Shown piece after piece: positions 1 through 13,600 of a stretch of 64,000 nt of DNA. Below the pieces are notes generated by a model. It was given only the letters and a program-made list of their open reading frames with translations. It did not search any database and was not told the origin of the DNA. The stretch covers positions 124,001 to 188,000 of the forward strand of contig OZ024756.1 in assembly GCA_964016885.1 (NCBI GenBank), read 5' to 3'. Position 1 is the stretch's first letter. Each line of letters starts with the position of its first letter. A program made the position numbers and the translations under genes. This stretch comes from Eledone cirrhosa. Its lineage: Eukaryota.

Positions 1-822
1 CTCCACCACCACCACTCCATACAACACCCCACCACAACACCACACAACACTCCACCATCACCACTCCATACAACACCCCACCATAACACCATACAATACT
101 CCACCACCACCACTCCATATAACACCCCCACCATAACACCATACAACACTCCACCACCACCACTCCATATAACACCCCCACCATAACACCATACAACACT
201 CCACCACCACCACTCCATACAACACCCCACCATAACACCATACAACACCCCACCACAACACTACACAACACTCCACCACCACCACTCCATACAACACCCC
301 ACCATAACACCATACAACACTCCACCACCACCACCACTCTATACAACACCCCACCATAACACCATACAACACCCCACCACAACACCACACAACACTCCAC
401 CACCACCACTCCATACAACACCCCACCATACACCACTCCACCACCACCACCACCACTCCATATAACACCCCCACCATAACACCATACAACACCCCACCAC
501 TCCACCACCACCACTCCATACAACACCCCACCATAACACCATACAACACTCCACCACCACCACTCCATACAACACCCCACCATAACACCATACAACACTC
601 CGCCACCACCACCACTCCATATAACACCCCCACCATAACACCATACAACACTCCACCACCACCACTCCATACAACACCCCACCACTCCATACAACACCCC
701 ACCATAACACCATACAACACTCCACCACCACCACTACATACAACACCCCACCATAACACCATACAACACTCCACCACCACCCCACCATACAACACTCCAT
801 ACAACACCCCACCACCACCACC
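1..822. repeat. CA-rich minisatellite, ~49-50 bp unit (ccaccaccaccactccatacaacaccccaccataacaccatacaacact), truncated by window start
   Basis: Direct tandem repetition; minus-strand ORFs 58-807 and 339-857 are read-throughs of it. Confidence 0.9.
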
Positions 823-909
823 AGTAGTAACATCTCCTCCTTCCCTCCCCCCACCAAGCTGAGAGTTGAGTAAGAGGGAGTTTAACCCACATTGGTGTGT
901 GACCTAGAA

Positions 910-972
910 ACACAGGAGAGAGAGTGGGTGAGAGAGTGACACAGTGAGAGAGAGAGTGGGTGAGACAGTGAC

Positions 973-1014
<42 letters not shown>

Positions 1015-1320
1015 AGACAGTGACACGGTGAGTGAGAGAGAGAGAGAGATTGTGGGTGAGACAGTGGCACAGTGAGAGAGAGAGTGGGGGTGGGTTGAGA
1101 CAGTGACACAGTATGAGTGAGAGAGAGTGGGGGTGGGTTGAGACTGACACAGTATGGGTGAGAGAGAGAGTGGGGGTGGGTTGAGACTGACACAGTATGA
1201 GTGAGAGAGAGTGTGGGGGTGGGTTGAGAGAGAGAGAGAGAGAGTGGGGGTGGGTTGAGACAGAGAGAGAGAGTGGGGGTGGGTTGAGTCAGTGATACAG
1301 TATGAGAGAGAGAGAGGGGG
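910..1320. repeat. (GA)n-based compound repeat with gtgggggtgggttgagacagtgacacagt units
   Basis: Repeated ~40-45 bp units interleaved with (GA)n. Confidence 0.8.
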
Positions 1321-1424
1321 GAGGCTATAAAATAACTGGCAGGTTATTTAAAGAAAACGTCAGAAGCTGTCACAGATGTAATTTAGATGGTTTCACTAAA
1401 TATAGTTTGTTGTTGAGGGAATTG

Positions 1425-1919
1425 TCTGTTCTCCCAGTAACAGATGCAGTTAGTACTTTACTGCACAGCTGCCTCCCAACAACAGATGCAGCTAACACTA
1501 CTGCACAGTTGTCTCCCAACAACAGATGCAGCTAACACTACTGCACAGCTGTCTCCCATCAACATATTCAGCTAATACTTTATTGCACAGTTGTCTCCCA
1601 ACAACAGATGCAGGCTAATACTTTACTGCACAGCTGTCTCCCAGCAACAGATACAGCTAATACTTTACTGCACAGTTGTCTCCCAGCAGCAGATGCAGTT
1701 AATACTTTACTGCACAGTTGTCTCCCAACAACAGAAGCAGCTAACACTTTACTGCACAGCTGTCTCCCAGCAACAGATGCAGCTAATACTTTACTGCACA
1801 GTTGTCTCCCAGCAGCAGATGCAGTTAATACTTTACTGCACAGCTGTCTCCCAGCAACAGATGCAGCTAACACTTTACTGCACAGCTGTCTCCCAGCAAC
1901 AGATGCAGCTAATACTTTC
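1425..1919. repeat. 42-bp minisatellite (gctaatactttactgcacagctgtctcccagcaacagatgca), ~12 copies
   Basis: Tandem units; 14-aa periodic ORFs on both strands. Confidence 0.92.
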
Positions 1920-2000
1920 ATTACCATATTTCTAATGAAACTATGATTTTCAAATAATTATTTTAAAATAGTCTTGAATTTGAAGGGTTGTTGTAATATA
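1910..2000 (-). mobile_element. Terminal fragment of MITE-like element (same family as 19240-19352)
   Basis: ctttcattaccatatttctaatgaaa is the reverse complement of tttcattagaaatatggtaatgaaag at ~19370. Confidence 0.55.
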
Positions 2001-2002
2001 AC

Positions 2003-2345
2003 ATTCTGAACTCCAAAGCTACCGAGGTCAACTTTGCCTTTCATCCTTTCAAAGTTGATAAAATAGAGTACCAGTAAAGCACTGGGGTCAGTATAATCAG
2101 TTTCTCCTCCTCATAAATTGCTGACCTAAAGTAGAAATCACCACCCCCACCACCACCATCACCCTCACCACACTTACTTACACACTTTTATATTCCCAGT
2201 TAAAATGCTGCCAAGGTCAATTTTACCTGTCATCCTTTGGGTGGTCAAATAAAATAAAGTACCAGTCATGTACTGGATCAATGTAATCGTGTTTACCCCC
2301 TCCCCTCCCTCAAAATTGCTGGCCTTGTCCCCAAATTAGAAACCA
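2003..2345 (+). mobile_element. Two degenerate partial copies of tRNA-derived SINE family A
   Basis: gaggtcaactttgcctttcatcc...aaaataaagtaccag...ctggggtc and gctggccttgtccccaaattagaaac shared with 15345-15533. Confidence 0.7.
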
Positions 2346-3004
2346 TCAACACCACCACCTCCAATAACATAATCATCAACACCACCACCAACACAATCAC
2401 CAACACCAACACCACCACTACCAACAACACATCCACCACCACCAACACAATCAACAACAACCACCACCAACACAATCAACAACAACCACCACCACCATCA
2501 TCATCACCACCACCATCATCATTATCATTATATTAACAGTTCTATTATAGTCTAGCTGAAGACAGTCTTTGTATAAGGGCATAAAAATCATCTCAACTGT
2601 TTAGAGAAATATTTCTAGTGACAGAAATGCTGCAAAAACAGACAAAAACACAAGACGACGACATTGGAAATAGAAGATAAATTGTGTACTAAGATCTGGT
2701 TGAAGTTTGGTGACAGCTAAACAGATGTCATCAATAAACACGCACACACAAACACATTTGCACACGCACGCACACACTCACACACAAAAACATACACACA
2801 CACACTTGTACAAAAAGAAACACAGACACAGAAACACACACTTTTTATGCCACACACAAAAAGAAACACATACACACATACATTCCAAGAGGGAAACACA
2901 CACATACAACAGAGAGAGAGAAACACACACACACACACAACAATGGAAAAAAAATGTAAAAAAGATTAAATCAAGTCGAAATATCTAAGCAATGTCACCA
3001 GATA

Positions 3005-5655
3005 GTGTTAGACTAGCTTAGTGGTCAGTGTGTTGGTGTTATACTAGCTTAGTGGTCAGTGTGTTGGTGTTATACTAGCTTAGTGGTCAGTGTGTTGGTG
3101 TTAGACTAGCTTAGTGGTCAGTGTGTTGGTGTTAGACTGTGGCTTAGTGGTCAGTGTGTTGGTGTTAGACTGTGGCTTAGTGGTTAGTGTGTTGGTGTTA
3201 GACTGTGGCTTAGTGGTTAGTGTGTTGGTGTTAGACTGGCTTAGTGGTTAGTGTGTTGGTCTTAGTCTGGACTGTGGCTTAGTGGTCAGTGTGTTGGTGT
3301 TAGACTGTGGCTTAGTGGTCAGTGTGTTGGTGTTAGACTGTGGCTTAGTGGTCAGTGTGTTGGTGTCAGACTGTGGCTTAGTGGTCAGTGTGTTGGTGTT
3401 AGACTGTGGCTTAGTGGTTAGTGTGTTGGTGTTAGACTGTGGCTTAGTGGTTAGTGTGTTGGTGTTAGACTGTGGCTTAGTGGTTAGTGTGTTGGTGTTA
3501 GACTAGCTTAGTGGTCAGTGTGTTGGTGTTAGACTGTAGCTTAGTGGTTAGTGTTGGTGTCAGACTGTGGCTTAGTGGTCAGTGTGTTGGTGTTAGACTG
3601 TGGCTTAGTGGTTAGTGTGTTGGTGTTAGACTGTGGCTTAGTGGTTAGTGTGTTGGTGTTAGACGAGCTTAGTGGTCAGTGTGTTGGTGTTAGACTGTGG
3701 CTTAGTGGTCAGTGTGTTGGTGTTAGACTGTGGCTTAGTGGTCAGTGTGTTGGTGTTAGACTGTGGCTTAGTGGTCAGTGTGTTGGTGTTAGACTGTGGC
3801 TTAGTGGTTAGTGTGTTGGTGTTAGACTGTGGCTTAGTGGTTAGTGTGTTGGTGTCAGACTGTGGCTTAGTGGTTAGTGTGTTGGTGTTAGACTGTGGCT
3901 TAGTGGTCAGTGTGTTGGTGTCAGACTGTGGCTTAGTGGTTAGTGTGTTGGTGTTAGACTGTAGCTTAGTGGTTAGTGTGTTGGTCTTAGTCTGGACTGT
4001 GGCTTAGTGGTTAGTGTGTTGGTGTTAGACTGTGGCTTAGTGGTTAGTGTGTTGGTCTTAGTCTGGACTGTGGCTTAGTGGTTAGTGTGTTGGTGTTAGA
4101 CTGTAGCTTAGTGGTTAGTGTGTTGGTCTTAGTCTGGACTGTGGCTTAGTGGTTAGTGTGTTGGTGTTAGACTGTGGCTTAGTGGTTAGTGTGTTGGTCT
4201 TAGTCTGGACTGTGGCTTAGTGGTTAGTGTGTTGGTGTTAGACTGTGGCTTAGTGGTTAGTGTGTTGGTCTTAGTCTGGACTGTGGCTTAGTGGTTAGTG
4301 TGTTGGTGTTAGACTGTAGCTTAGTGGTTAGTGTGTTGGTCTTAGTCTGGACTGTGGCTTAGTGGTTAGTGTGTTGGTGTTAGACTGTAGCTTAGTGGTT
4401 AGTGTGTTGGTCTTAGTCTGGACTGTGGCTTAGTGGTTAGTGTGTTGGTGTTAGACTGTGGCTTAGTGGTTAGTGTGTTGGTCTTAGTCTGGACTGTGGC
4501 TTAGTGGTTAGTGTGTTGGTGTTAGACTGTGGCTTAGTGGTTAGTGTGTTGGTCTTAGTCTGGACTGTGGCTTAGTGGTTAGTGTGTTGGTGTTAGACTG
4601 TGGCTTAGTGGTTAGTGTGTTGGTGTTAGACTGTGGCTTAGTGGTTAGTGTGTTGGTGTCAGACTGTGGCTTAGTGGTTAGTGTGTTGGTGTTAGACTGG
4701 CTTAGTGGTCAGTGTGTTGGTGTTAGACTGTGGCTTAGTGGTTAGTGTGTTGGTCTTAGTCTGGACTGTAGCTTAGTGGTTAGTGTGTTGGTGTTAGACT
4801 GTGGCTTAGTGGTTAGTGTGTTGGTGTTAGACTGTAGCTTAGTGGTTAGTGTGTTGGTCTTAGTCTGGACTGTGGCTTAGTGGTTAGTGTGTTGGTCTTA
4901 GTCTGGACTGTGGCTTAGTGGTTAGTGTGTTGGTCTTAGTCTGGACTGTGGCTTAGTGGTTAGTGTGTTGTGGTGTCAGACTGTGGCTTAGTGGTTAGTG
5001 TGTTGGTGTTAGTCTGGACTGTGGCTTAGTGGTTAGTGTGTTGGTGTTAGACTGTAGCTTAGTGGTTAGTGTGTTGGTCTTAGTCTGGACTGTAGCTTAG
5101 TGGTTAGTGTGTTGGTCTTAGTCTGGTCTGAGGCTTAGTGGTTAGTGTGTTGTGGTGTCAGACTGTGGCTTAGTGGTTAGTGTGTTGGTCTTAGTCTGGA
5201 CTGTGGCTTAGTGGTTAGTGTGTTGGTGTTAGACTGTAGCTTAGTGGTTAGTGTGTTGGTCTTAGTCTGGACTGTGGCTTAGTGGTTAGTGTTAGACTGT
5301 GGCTTAGTGGTGAGTGTGTTGGTCTTAGATTGTAGCTTAGTGGTTAGTGCGTTGGTGTTAGACTGTGGCTTAGTGGTCAGTGTGTTGGTGTTAGACTGTG
5401 GCTTAGAGGTCAGTGTGTTGGTCTTAGACTATGGCTTAGTGGTTAGTGTGTTGGTCTTAGACAGTAGCTTAGTGGTTAGTGTGTTGGTCTTAGACTGTGG
5501 CTTAGTGATTAGTGTGTTGGTCTTAGTCTGGACTGTGGCTTAGTGTGTTGGTCTTAGACTGTGCCTTAGTGGTTAGTGTGTTGGTGTTAGACTGTGGCTT
5601 AGTGGTTAGTGTGTTGGTCTTAGATTGTAGCTTAGTGGTTAGTGTGTTGGTCTTA
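3005..5655. repeat. 33-bp minisatellite (gtggcttagtggttagtgtgttggtgttagact) with 38-bp variant; SINE-head/A-box-like unit
   Basis: About 75-80 tandem units; 33+38 bp alternation at ~3985-4600. Confidence 0.95.
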
Positions 5656-5661
5656 TAAATA

Positions 5662-5832
5662 CAATATATATTCTAGTCATGTGACTAACTCCCTAACTAA
5701 ATGTACCATATTCTAGTCATGTGACCAACCCCTTAACTATGTGTACCATATTTTAGTCACATGACCAACCCTCTAACTATATGTACAATATTCTAGTCAC
5801 ATGACCAACCCCCTAACCATATGTACAATATT
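5662..5832. repeat. 40-bp tandem repeat, ~4 copies (atattctagtcatgtgaccaaccccttaactatgtgtacc)
   Basis: Direct tandem repetition. Confidence 0.8.
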
Positions 5833-7088
5833 TTATTCAGGAGATTAATGATGTAGATATAAAATAAATCTGCTATTTCTAAATATTTACTGTATTTTCA
5901 ATGCAGTATTACTATTGCAAATGTCGTGTTTTACAAGTAGGATGTTATTTATGGTTAGAAACTCACCATGTACATATTTAAATATTCATGATATGGCTTA
6001 CATGGTCTTTCATAAAACAAGGAATACAAACACAGTCATTATTGTGTGTAGAGGGGGGGCATGGAATAGAAAAGACATGGGAAAGGAAGACCAATATGAT
6101 GATTTATGTTGAAAATTATATACATATGTTAACTTATATCAAGGTCAACCCTGATAAAATCAAAGGCATTCCAGCTACGACCATCACATCATACATTTCT
6201 TTGTTTGTGCAGACACACTATAGGTGCAAATATGAGTGTGTGATTAAAATAGTTTGCTATTGTTCCAGTTTTTTCAAGTATTTCAGATACCTACTTGGAT
6301 TTTCTAAGCCGCCATTTCAATAAATGTTTAAGGTACCTACCTAGATTATCTGAAACACAATTTTAGCCATTACTTCAATAGTTTATACAGAAGTTTTTTT
6401 ACATGTCAGCTTTTGAAATAAATAGTTTCTTCTAATTCTGACAGAATCTTTTGCCAGAGATTGCTCAGATCAATAGTTAGAACACATGGACAGAATTCAA
6501 GGGACACTTGGTTTGATTTTTCGTAGAAACAGTTGGCTACCTTTTTCCATCCACAGGGATATTTTACCTGATTTTTTAAGCTATTATCTAAAGCCATCAA
6601 CTATTGTTACAGTTTTTTTTCTGCGTTTCAGATTCCTACATTTTCTAATAAAAGAATTAATATATAACCCAGCGCTTTGATTCATTATAGAGAATGTTCT
6701 TTACATCCTAGCTGTTTATTTGGCTTCTAATTCAGATGTCAGAGGTCACTGAGCTCGATGGCTAGAGCTCTGGGTCGGAATTCTTTGTTCAGAGATAGAG
6801 ATAGAGAGAGAGAGATAGAAATGGGAAGAGGGGGGAGGGAAAGAAAGAGCGAGAGAGAAAGAGTTTTAAATCTCTCCTTCAAAAGTCTGGTCTTTCTTCA
6901 ACATGTAATTCTATCTAACTTCTTCCTTGCTGTCCTCTCACCTTTCTTCATTGGAAATCTCAGGAACTCTCATCACTGATTGCTACTGAAATCTTCATAT
7001 ATTTAAACCTGCACGCATTATCTCCCTTTAATTTCAGAGGTTTTTCTCTTTACTCCTCATTTTAATACCTAAATACCACTTGACAATA

Positions 7089-7336
7089 CAGCAGCAAATA
7101 TATACATCAGCAAATATATACTACAGCAAATATATACTACAGCAAATATATACTACAGCAATATATTCTACAGCAAATAAATACAGCAAATATATACTAC
7201 ATCAATATATTCTATACTACATTAAATATATAAAGCACCAAATATATAGTAAATATATACTACAGCAATATATACTATAGTATACAGTAAATATATATAA
7301 CAGCAAACATATACTAGAGTAATTATATACTACAGC
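7089..7336. repeat. Degenerate ~16-bp repeat (cagcaaatatatacta)
   Basis: Direct tandem repetition. Confidence 0.75.
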
Positions 7337-7337
7337 T

Positions 7338-8481
7338 TTAACCCTTTAGTGTTCAAACCGGCCAAAACTAGCCAGAATTCTCTACCTCTTTCTGTTGAAA
7401 CTGGCTGTAACTGGTCACTCAAACTGATGTTAAGGTATTGTTTTCAAAACAAATACTTTCAAAATCTCAGATTCGATATTATATGAGATAATTATGTGAG
7501 GTAAAGCCTTTACCATGAAAATATAATAGTATATATAGAGTAATATAAATGTTATGTGGGATATTATGTGAGGTAAAGCCTTTATCATGAAAATATAATA
7601 GTAAATATAGAGTAATGTAAATGTTATGTGAGATACTATGTGAGGTAAAGCCTTTACTGTGAAAATACAATAATATATATATAGAGTAATGTAAATGTTA
7701 TGTGAGATATTATATGAGGTAAGGCCTTTACCATGAAAATATAGTCGTATATATAGAGTAATGTGAATGTTATGTGAGATATTATGTGAAGTAAAGCCTT
7801 TACTGTGAAAATATAATAGTATATATAGAGTAATGTAAATGTTATGCGAGATATTATGTGAGGTAAAGCCTTTACCATGAAAATATAATAGTATATACAG
7901 AGTAATGTAAATGTTGTGAGATATTATGTGAGGAAAAGCCTTTACCATGAAAATATAGTAGTATATATAGAGTAATGTAAATGTGAGATATTATGTGAGG
8001 TAAAGCCTTTACCATGAAAATATAGTAGTATATATAGAGTAATGTAAATGTTATGCGAGATATTATGTGAGGTAAAGCCTTTACCATGAAAATATAATAG
8101 TATATATAGAGTAATGTAAATATTGTGAGATATTATATGAGGTAAAGCCTTTACCATGAAAATATAGTCGTATGTATAGAGTAATGTGAATGTTATGAGA
8201 GATATTATGTGAAGTAAAGCCTTTACCATGAAAATATAGTAGTATATATAGAGTAATGTAAATGTGAGATTATGTGAGGTAAAGCCTTTACCATGAAAAT
8301 ATAGTAGTATATATAGAGTAATGTAAATGTTATGCGAGATATTATGTGAGGTAAAGCTTTTACCATGAAAATATAATAGTATATATAGAGTAATGTAAAT
8401 GTTATGTGAGATATTATGTGAGGTAAAGCCTTTACCATGAAAATATAATAGTATATATAAAATAATGTGAATGCTAAAGGG
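7338..8481. mobile_element. TTAA-CCCTTTAG...CTAAAGGG MITE-like (piggyBac-type termini) element inflated by an internal 72-bp array
   Basis: ttaa+ccctttagtgttca at 7338 versus tgaatgctaaaggg ending 8481 (12/14 inverted match); right TTAA not intact. Confidence 0.55.
7475..8472. repeat. 72-bp minisatellite, ~14 copies, each with palindrome ggtaaag-c-ctttacc
   Basis: gtaaagcc at 7501 and 7573 gives period 72. Confidence 0.92.
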
Positions 8482-8599
8482 ATATACATACAGCAGTAAA
8501 TATATTCTTGAGCTGTCAACTTCAGAACTATCTTTTCTGTCTTTTATTTCTTTATCTAGTTCTTCAGTAACTAAACAGTTTACTATATCAAAGTTTATA

Positions 8600-9190
8600 A
8601 CTGGAATAATTTTATTGACCTTGTAAGGATGAAAGGCAAAGTTTAACCTCAGCGGGATTTGAACACAGAACGTAAAGAGTCGTCACTCTCTGCCGCGAAG
8701 CAGGCTGTTTGACGCTCTACCGATTACTGCCAAACTATCACAACAATAATAATAATAATTGTTTCTTATATAGGCACAAGGCCAGCAGTTTTGCGGGAGG
8801 GGAAAGTCGATTAAATCGACCCGTGCGTGACTAGTACTTTATTTTATCGACTCCGTAAGGATGAAAGGCAAAATTAACCTCGGCGGGATTTGAACTCAGA
8901 ATGGCAAGGGCCGTAACTCTATGCGTCAAAGCATGGCGTCCGACCCTCTACAGATACTGCCAATCCACCGCCTTAGTTTACAATAATAATAATCGTTTCT
9001 ACTTTAGGCACAAGGCCAGCAATTACCCAGTGCATTACTGGTACTTTATTTTATCGACCCCGTAAGGATGAAAGGATAATAATTGTTTCTACATTTGGCA
9101 CAAGGCCATTTGAAGGGAGACGAAAGTCAAATCAACCCCAGTGTATTACTGGTGCTTTATTTTATCGACCTCGTAAGGGTGAAAGGATAA
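8600..9190 (-). mobile_element. Cluster of four SINE family A copies (one near full-length at 8755-8975, three partial) separated by (AAT)n tails
   Basis: Repeated ggtactttattttatcgacc-cgtaaggatgaaaggc; B-box gagttcaaatcc on minus strand. Confidence 0.85.
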
Positions 9191-9584
9191 TAATAATAAT
9201 AGTCACTAATTATCAACATAATTAAGAGAGTATGTGTGTTGAAATTGTGTGTAGAATGTTGACCTGACATCAGTATATAACTGGTGCTGAGTAAAATAAC
9301 ACTATGGAATGGGTAAAATGTTTACTAGTATATGTAAGAGGAATTCTTGGTAAATGTCAATTCTACATTATTTGTACTAGTACCTGGCCTTGCCTACGGT
9401 TTATTAATTAATACACAAAAATAAACACAATCACATGAATTCCACTACATTTTAGAGGAATTATTTCATAAAAGACATTGACACTCTTCAGTTAGTCTGG
9501 CATTATTGTACCATTTCATATAATTACTTCAAATAAATGATTTTTTTTCATAAGTGACCTTTTCCAATGTTTATTATTATGATT

Positions 9585-9810
9585 AGGGTGGACATGCTCA
9601 CTGACATCCAGAGTTGACATTGCACTCCTGTGGGAGCCCCTACACGGACACACTGGAAGAGGAAGACCAAGGTTAATGTATGTTGATGCCCTAAGGACAG
9701 ACACTGGTCTGTTGGAGACGCAGGACATGGCAGCGATAATGAGGGACAGAGACCGCTGGAGAGAACTCGTCCATGGATCTCGGGAATTTTACCCGCCCTA
9801 GATAGATATA
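9585..9810 (+). mobile_element. 3' end of an RTE-like LINE (second family)
   Basis: Translates GRGRPRLMYVDALRTDTGL...MRDRDRWRELV, the RTE ORF C-terminal motif; ends in tagatagata. Confidence 0.7.
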
Positions 9811-10251
9811 CAGGGTAAACATGTGGGGTAATCACTCCACCAGTACTACTGCATTGGAACCCACCGGCCGGCTGAGAACAAAATACCTGTTGACGAAATG
9901 GTAGCCTTGTTCGATCGTTATACCAAAAGCTTACAAAGAAAGCAGGCAGTATAATTGATTTAGGTGTCACAGAAACCTCTCACTGGATTATACCAACAAT
10001 TTCCAGGAGGTCCAGGTAAATTCTTTTGTTAACCTGTTCAGCTTGCTTCATTTTTTTGGCTCCGCTGGCTGATGGTTTCACAACCGCAGTTTTCATTTTG
10101 TTTGGCCTCTATAACATATGTTAATTGCTCTGGTCTTCTTTTAGTCCATTGAGCGCTTGCCATATATCTTGAAGATTGCGTTTCGCTTTGTTTTTAGCCA
10201 CCACCAAAATACGATCTCATTGAAATTATATTTGCATATATATATATATAT

Positions 10252-10617
10252 CATCATCATCATCATTTTATGTCCGCTTTTTCCTGCTTGCAAGGGTTGG
10301 AAGGGTCCTATTCACCACAGCATCTCTCCACTTGTCACAGTCCTTCGTCATCTCCTCCGTGAGTTTCAGCGATCTGAGGTCTGCTCTCACCACCTCCGCC
10401 CATGTTTTTCGTGGTCTACCTCCACTGCGTCTTCCCTCCACTGGAACTTCCTGGCACTTCTTTACCCATCGGTCATCCTCCATGCGCATCGCATGTCCAT
10501 ACCATCTCAGCATTCTCTTCTGCACACCACAACTTATCCCTCTTATACCGAGTTTCTTTCTCAACTCATCTATGCTTGGTCGTTCACGCACATTGACATT
10601 GCAAATCCAACGGAGTA
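10252..10617 (-). mobile_element. 5'-truncated RTE-clade LINE 3' end
   Basis: ORF with LRWYGHAMRMEDDRWVKK...GRPRKTW...DKWR motif followed by (ATG)n tail. Confidence 0.9.
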
Positions 10618-10650
10618 TACATAATAAACAACACAATATAATTATTCCAT

Positions 10651-13600
10651 TACCAGGTGAGAGGTATTAACCCCGACACTAGAGAGACACTGGGTTACCA
10701 GGTGAGAGGTATTAACACCGACACTAGAGAGACACTGGGTTACCAGGTGAGAGGTATTAACCTCGGCACTAGAGAGACACTGGGTTACCAGGTGAGAGGT
10801 ATTAACCCCGGCACTAGAGAGACACTGGGTGACCAGGGGAGAGGTATTAACCCTGACACTAGAGAGACACTGGGTTACCAGGTGAGAGGTATTAACCCCG
10901 ACACTAGAGAGACACTGGGTTACCAGGTGAGAGGTATTAACCCCGGCACTAGAGAGACACTGGGTGACCAGGTGAGAGGTATTAACCCCGGCACTAGAGA
11001 GACACTGGGTGACCAGGTGAGAGGTATTAACCCTGACACTAGAGAGACACTGGGTTACCAGGTGAGAGGTATTAACCCCGACACTAGAGAGACACTGGGT
11101 TACCAGGTGAGAGGTATTAACCTCGGCACTAGAGAGACACTGGGTTACCAGGTGAGGGGTATTAATCCCGACACTAGAGAGACACTGGGTTACCAGGTGA
11201 AAGGTATTAACCCCGACACTAGAGAGACACTGGGTGACCAGGTGAGAGGTATTAACCCCGACACTAGAGAGACACTGGGTTACCAGGTGAAAGGTATTAA
11301 CCCCGACACTAGAGAGACACTGGGTGACCAGGTGAGAGGTATTAACCCCGACACTAGAGAGACACTGGGTTATCAGGTGAGAGGTATTAACCCCGACACT
11401 AGAGAGACACTGGGTGACCAGGTGAAAGGTATTAACCCTGACACTAGAGAGACACTGGGTGACCAGGTGAGAGGTATTAATCCCGACACTAGAGAGACAC
11501 TGGGTTACCAGGTGAGAGGTATTAACCCCGACACTAGAGAGACACTGGGTTATCAGGTGAAAGGTATTAACCCCGACACTAGAGAGACACTGGGTTATCA
11601 GGTGAGAGGTATTAACCCCGACACTAGAGAGACACTGGGTTATCAGGTGAAAGGTATTAACCCCGACACTAGAGAGACACTGGGTTATCAGGTGAGAGGT
11701 ATTAACCCCGACACTAGAGAGACACTGGGTTATCAGGTGAGAGGTATTAACCCCGACACTAGAGAGACACTGGGTTATCAGGTGAGAGGTATTAACCTCG
11801 GCACTAGAGAGACACTGGGTTATCAGGTGAGAGGTATTAACCCCGACACTAGAGAGACACTGGGTTACCAGGTGAAAGGTATTAACCCCGACACTAGAGA
11901 GACACTGGGTTACCAGGTGAGAGGTATTAACCCGGACACTAGAGAGACACTGGGTTATCAGGTGAGAGGTATTAACCCCGACACTAGAGAGACACTGGGT
12001 TATCAGGTGAGAGGTATTAACCCCGACACTAGAGAGACACTGGGTTACCAGGTGAGAGGTATTAACCCCAACACTAGAGAGACACTGGGTTACCAGGTGA
12101 GGGGTATTAACCCCGACACTAGAGAGACACTGGGTTATCAGGTGAGAGGTATTAACCCCGACACTAGAGAGACACTGGGTTACCAGGTGAGAGGTATTAA
12201 CCCCGACACTAGAGAGACACTGGGTTATCAGGTGAGAGGTATTAACCCCGACACTAGAGAGACACTGGGTTATCAGGTGAGAGGTATTAACCCCGACACT
12301 AGAGAGACACTGGGTTATCAGGTGAGAGGTATTAACCCCGACACTAGAGAGACACTGGGTTACCAGGTGAGAGGTATTAACCCCAACACTAGAGAGACAC
12401 TGGGTTACCAGGTGAGGGGTATTAACCCCGACACTAGAGAGACACTGGGTTATCAGGTGAGAGGTATTAACCCCGACACTAGAGAGACACTGGGTTACCA
12501 GGTGAGAGGTATTAACCCCGACACTAGAGAGACACTGGGTTATCAGGTGAGAGGTATTAACCCCGACACTAGAGAGACACTGGGTTATCAGGTGAGAGGT
12601 ATTAACCCCGACACTAGAGAGACACTGGGTTATCAGGTGAGAGGTATTAACCCCGACACTAGAGAGACACTGGGTTATCAGGTGAGAGGTATTAACCCCG
12701 ACACTAGAGAGACACTGGGTTATCAGGTGAAAGGTATTAACCCCGACACTAGAGAGACACTGGGTTACCAGGTGAGGGGTATTAACCCCGACACTAGAGA
12801 GACACTGGGTTATCAGGTGAGAGGTATTAACCCCGACACTAGAGAGACACTGGGTTATCAGGTGAGAGGTATTAACTCCGACACTAGAGAGACACTGGGT
12901 TATCAGGTGAGAGGTATTAACCCCGACACTAGAGAGACACTGGGTTACCAGGTGAGGGGTATTAACCCTGACACTAGAGAGACACTGGGTTACCAGGTGA
13001 GAGGTATTAACCCCGACACTAGAGAGACACTGGGTTACCAGGTGAAAGGTATTAACCTCGGCACTAGAGAGACACTGGGTTACCAGGTGAGGGGTATTAA
13101 TCCCGACACTAGAGAGACACTGGGTTACCAGGTGAAAGGTATTAACCCCAACACTAGAGAGACACTGGGTTACCAGGTGAGAGGTATTAACCCCGACACG
13201 AGAGAGACACTGGGTTACCAGGTGAGGGGTATTAACCCCGACACTAGAGAGACACTGGGTTACCAGGTGAGAGGTATTAACCCCGACACTAGAGAGACAC
13301 TGGGTTACCAGGTGAGGGGTATTAACCTCGGCACTAGAGAGACACTGGGTTACCAGGTGAGAGGTATTAACCCCGACACTTGAGAAACACTGGGTGACCA
13401 GGTGAAAGGTATTAACCCCGACACTAGAGAGACACTGGGTAACCAGGTGAGAGGTATTAACCCCGACACTAGAGAGACACTGGGTTACCAGGTGAGAGGT
13501 ATTAACCCCGACACTAGAGAGACACTGGGTTACCAGGTGAGAGGTATTAACCCCGACACTAGAGAGACACTGGGTGACCAGGTGAGAGGTATTAACCCTG

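Noticed and set aside
2549-2625. CTGAAGA...GAAATATTTC hammerhead-like motif
   Set aside because: Stem II helix (cagt/actg) is not adjacent to GAAA; geometry is non-canonical
3005-5655. Telomeric repeat
   Set aside because: Contains TTAG but no (TTAGGG)n or (TTAGG)n runs
6406-6600. 64-aa minus-strand ORF in non-repetitive sequence
   Set aside because: No recognisable family, no ATG start and no convincing splice acceptor; may be UTR or decayed TE
9455-9497. Minus-strand CTGAAGA-17nt-GAAA-taat-TC hammerhead-like spacing
   Set aside because: Stems I and II barely pair; indistinguishable from chance
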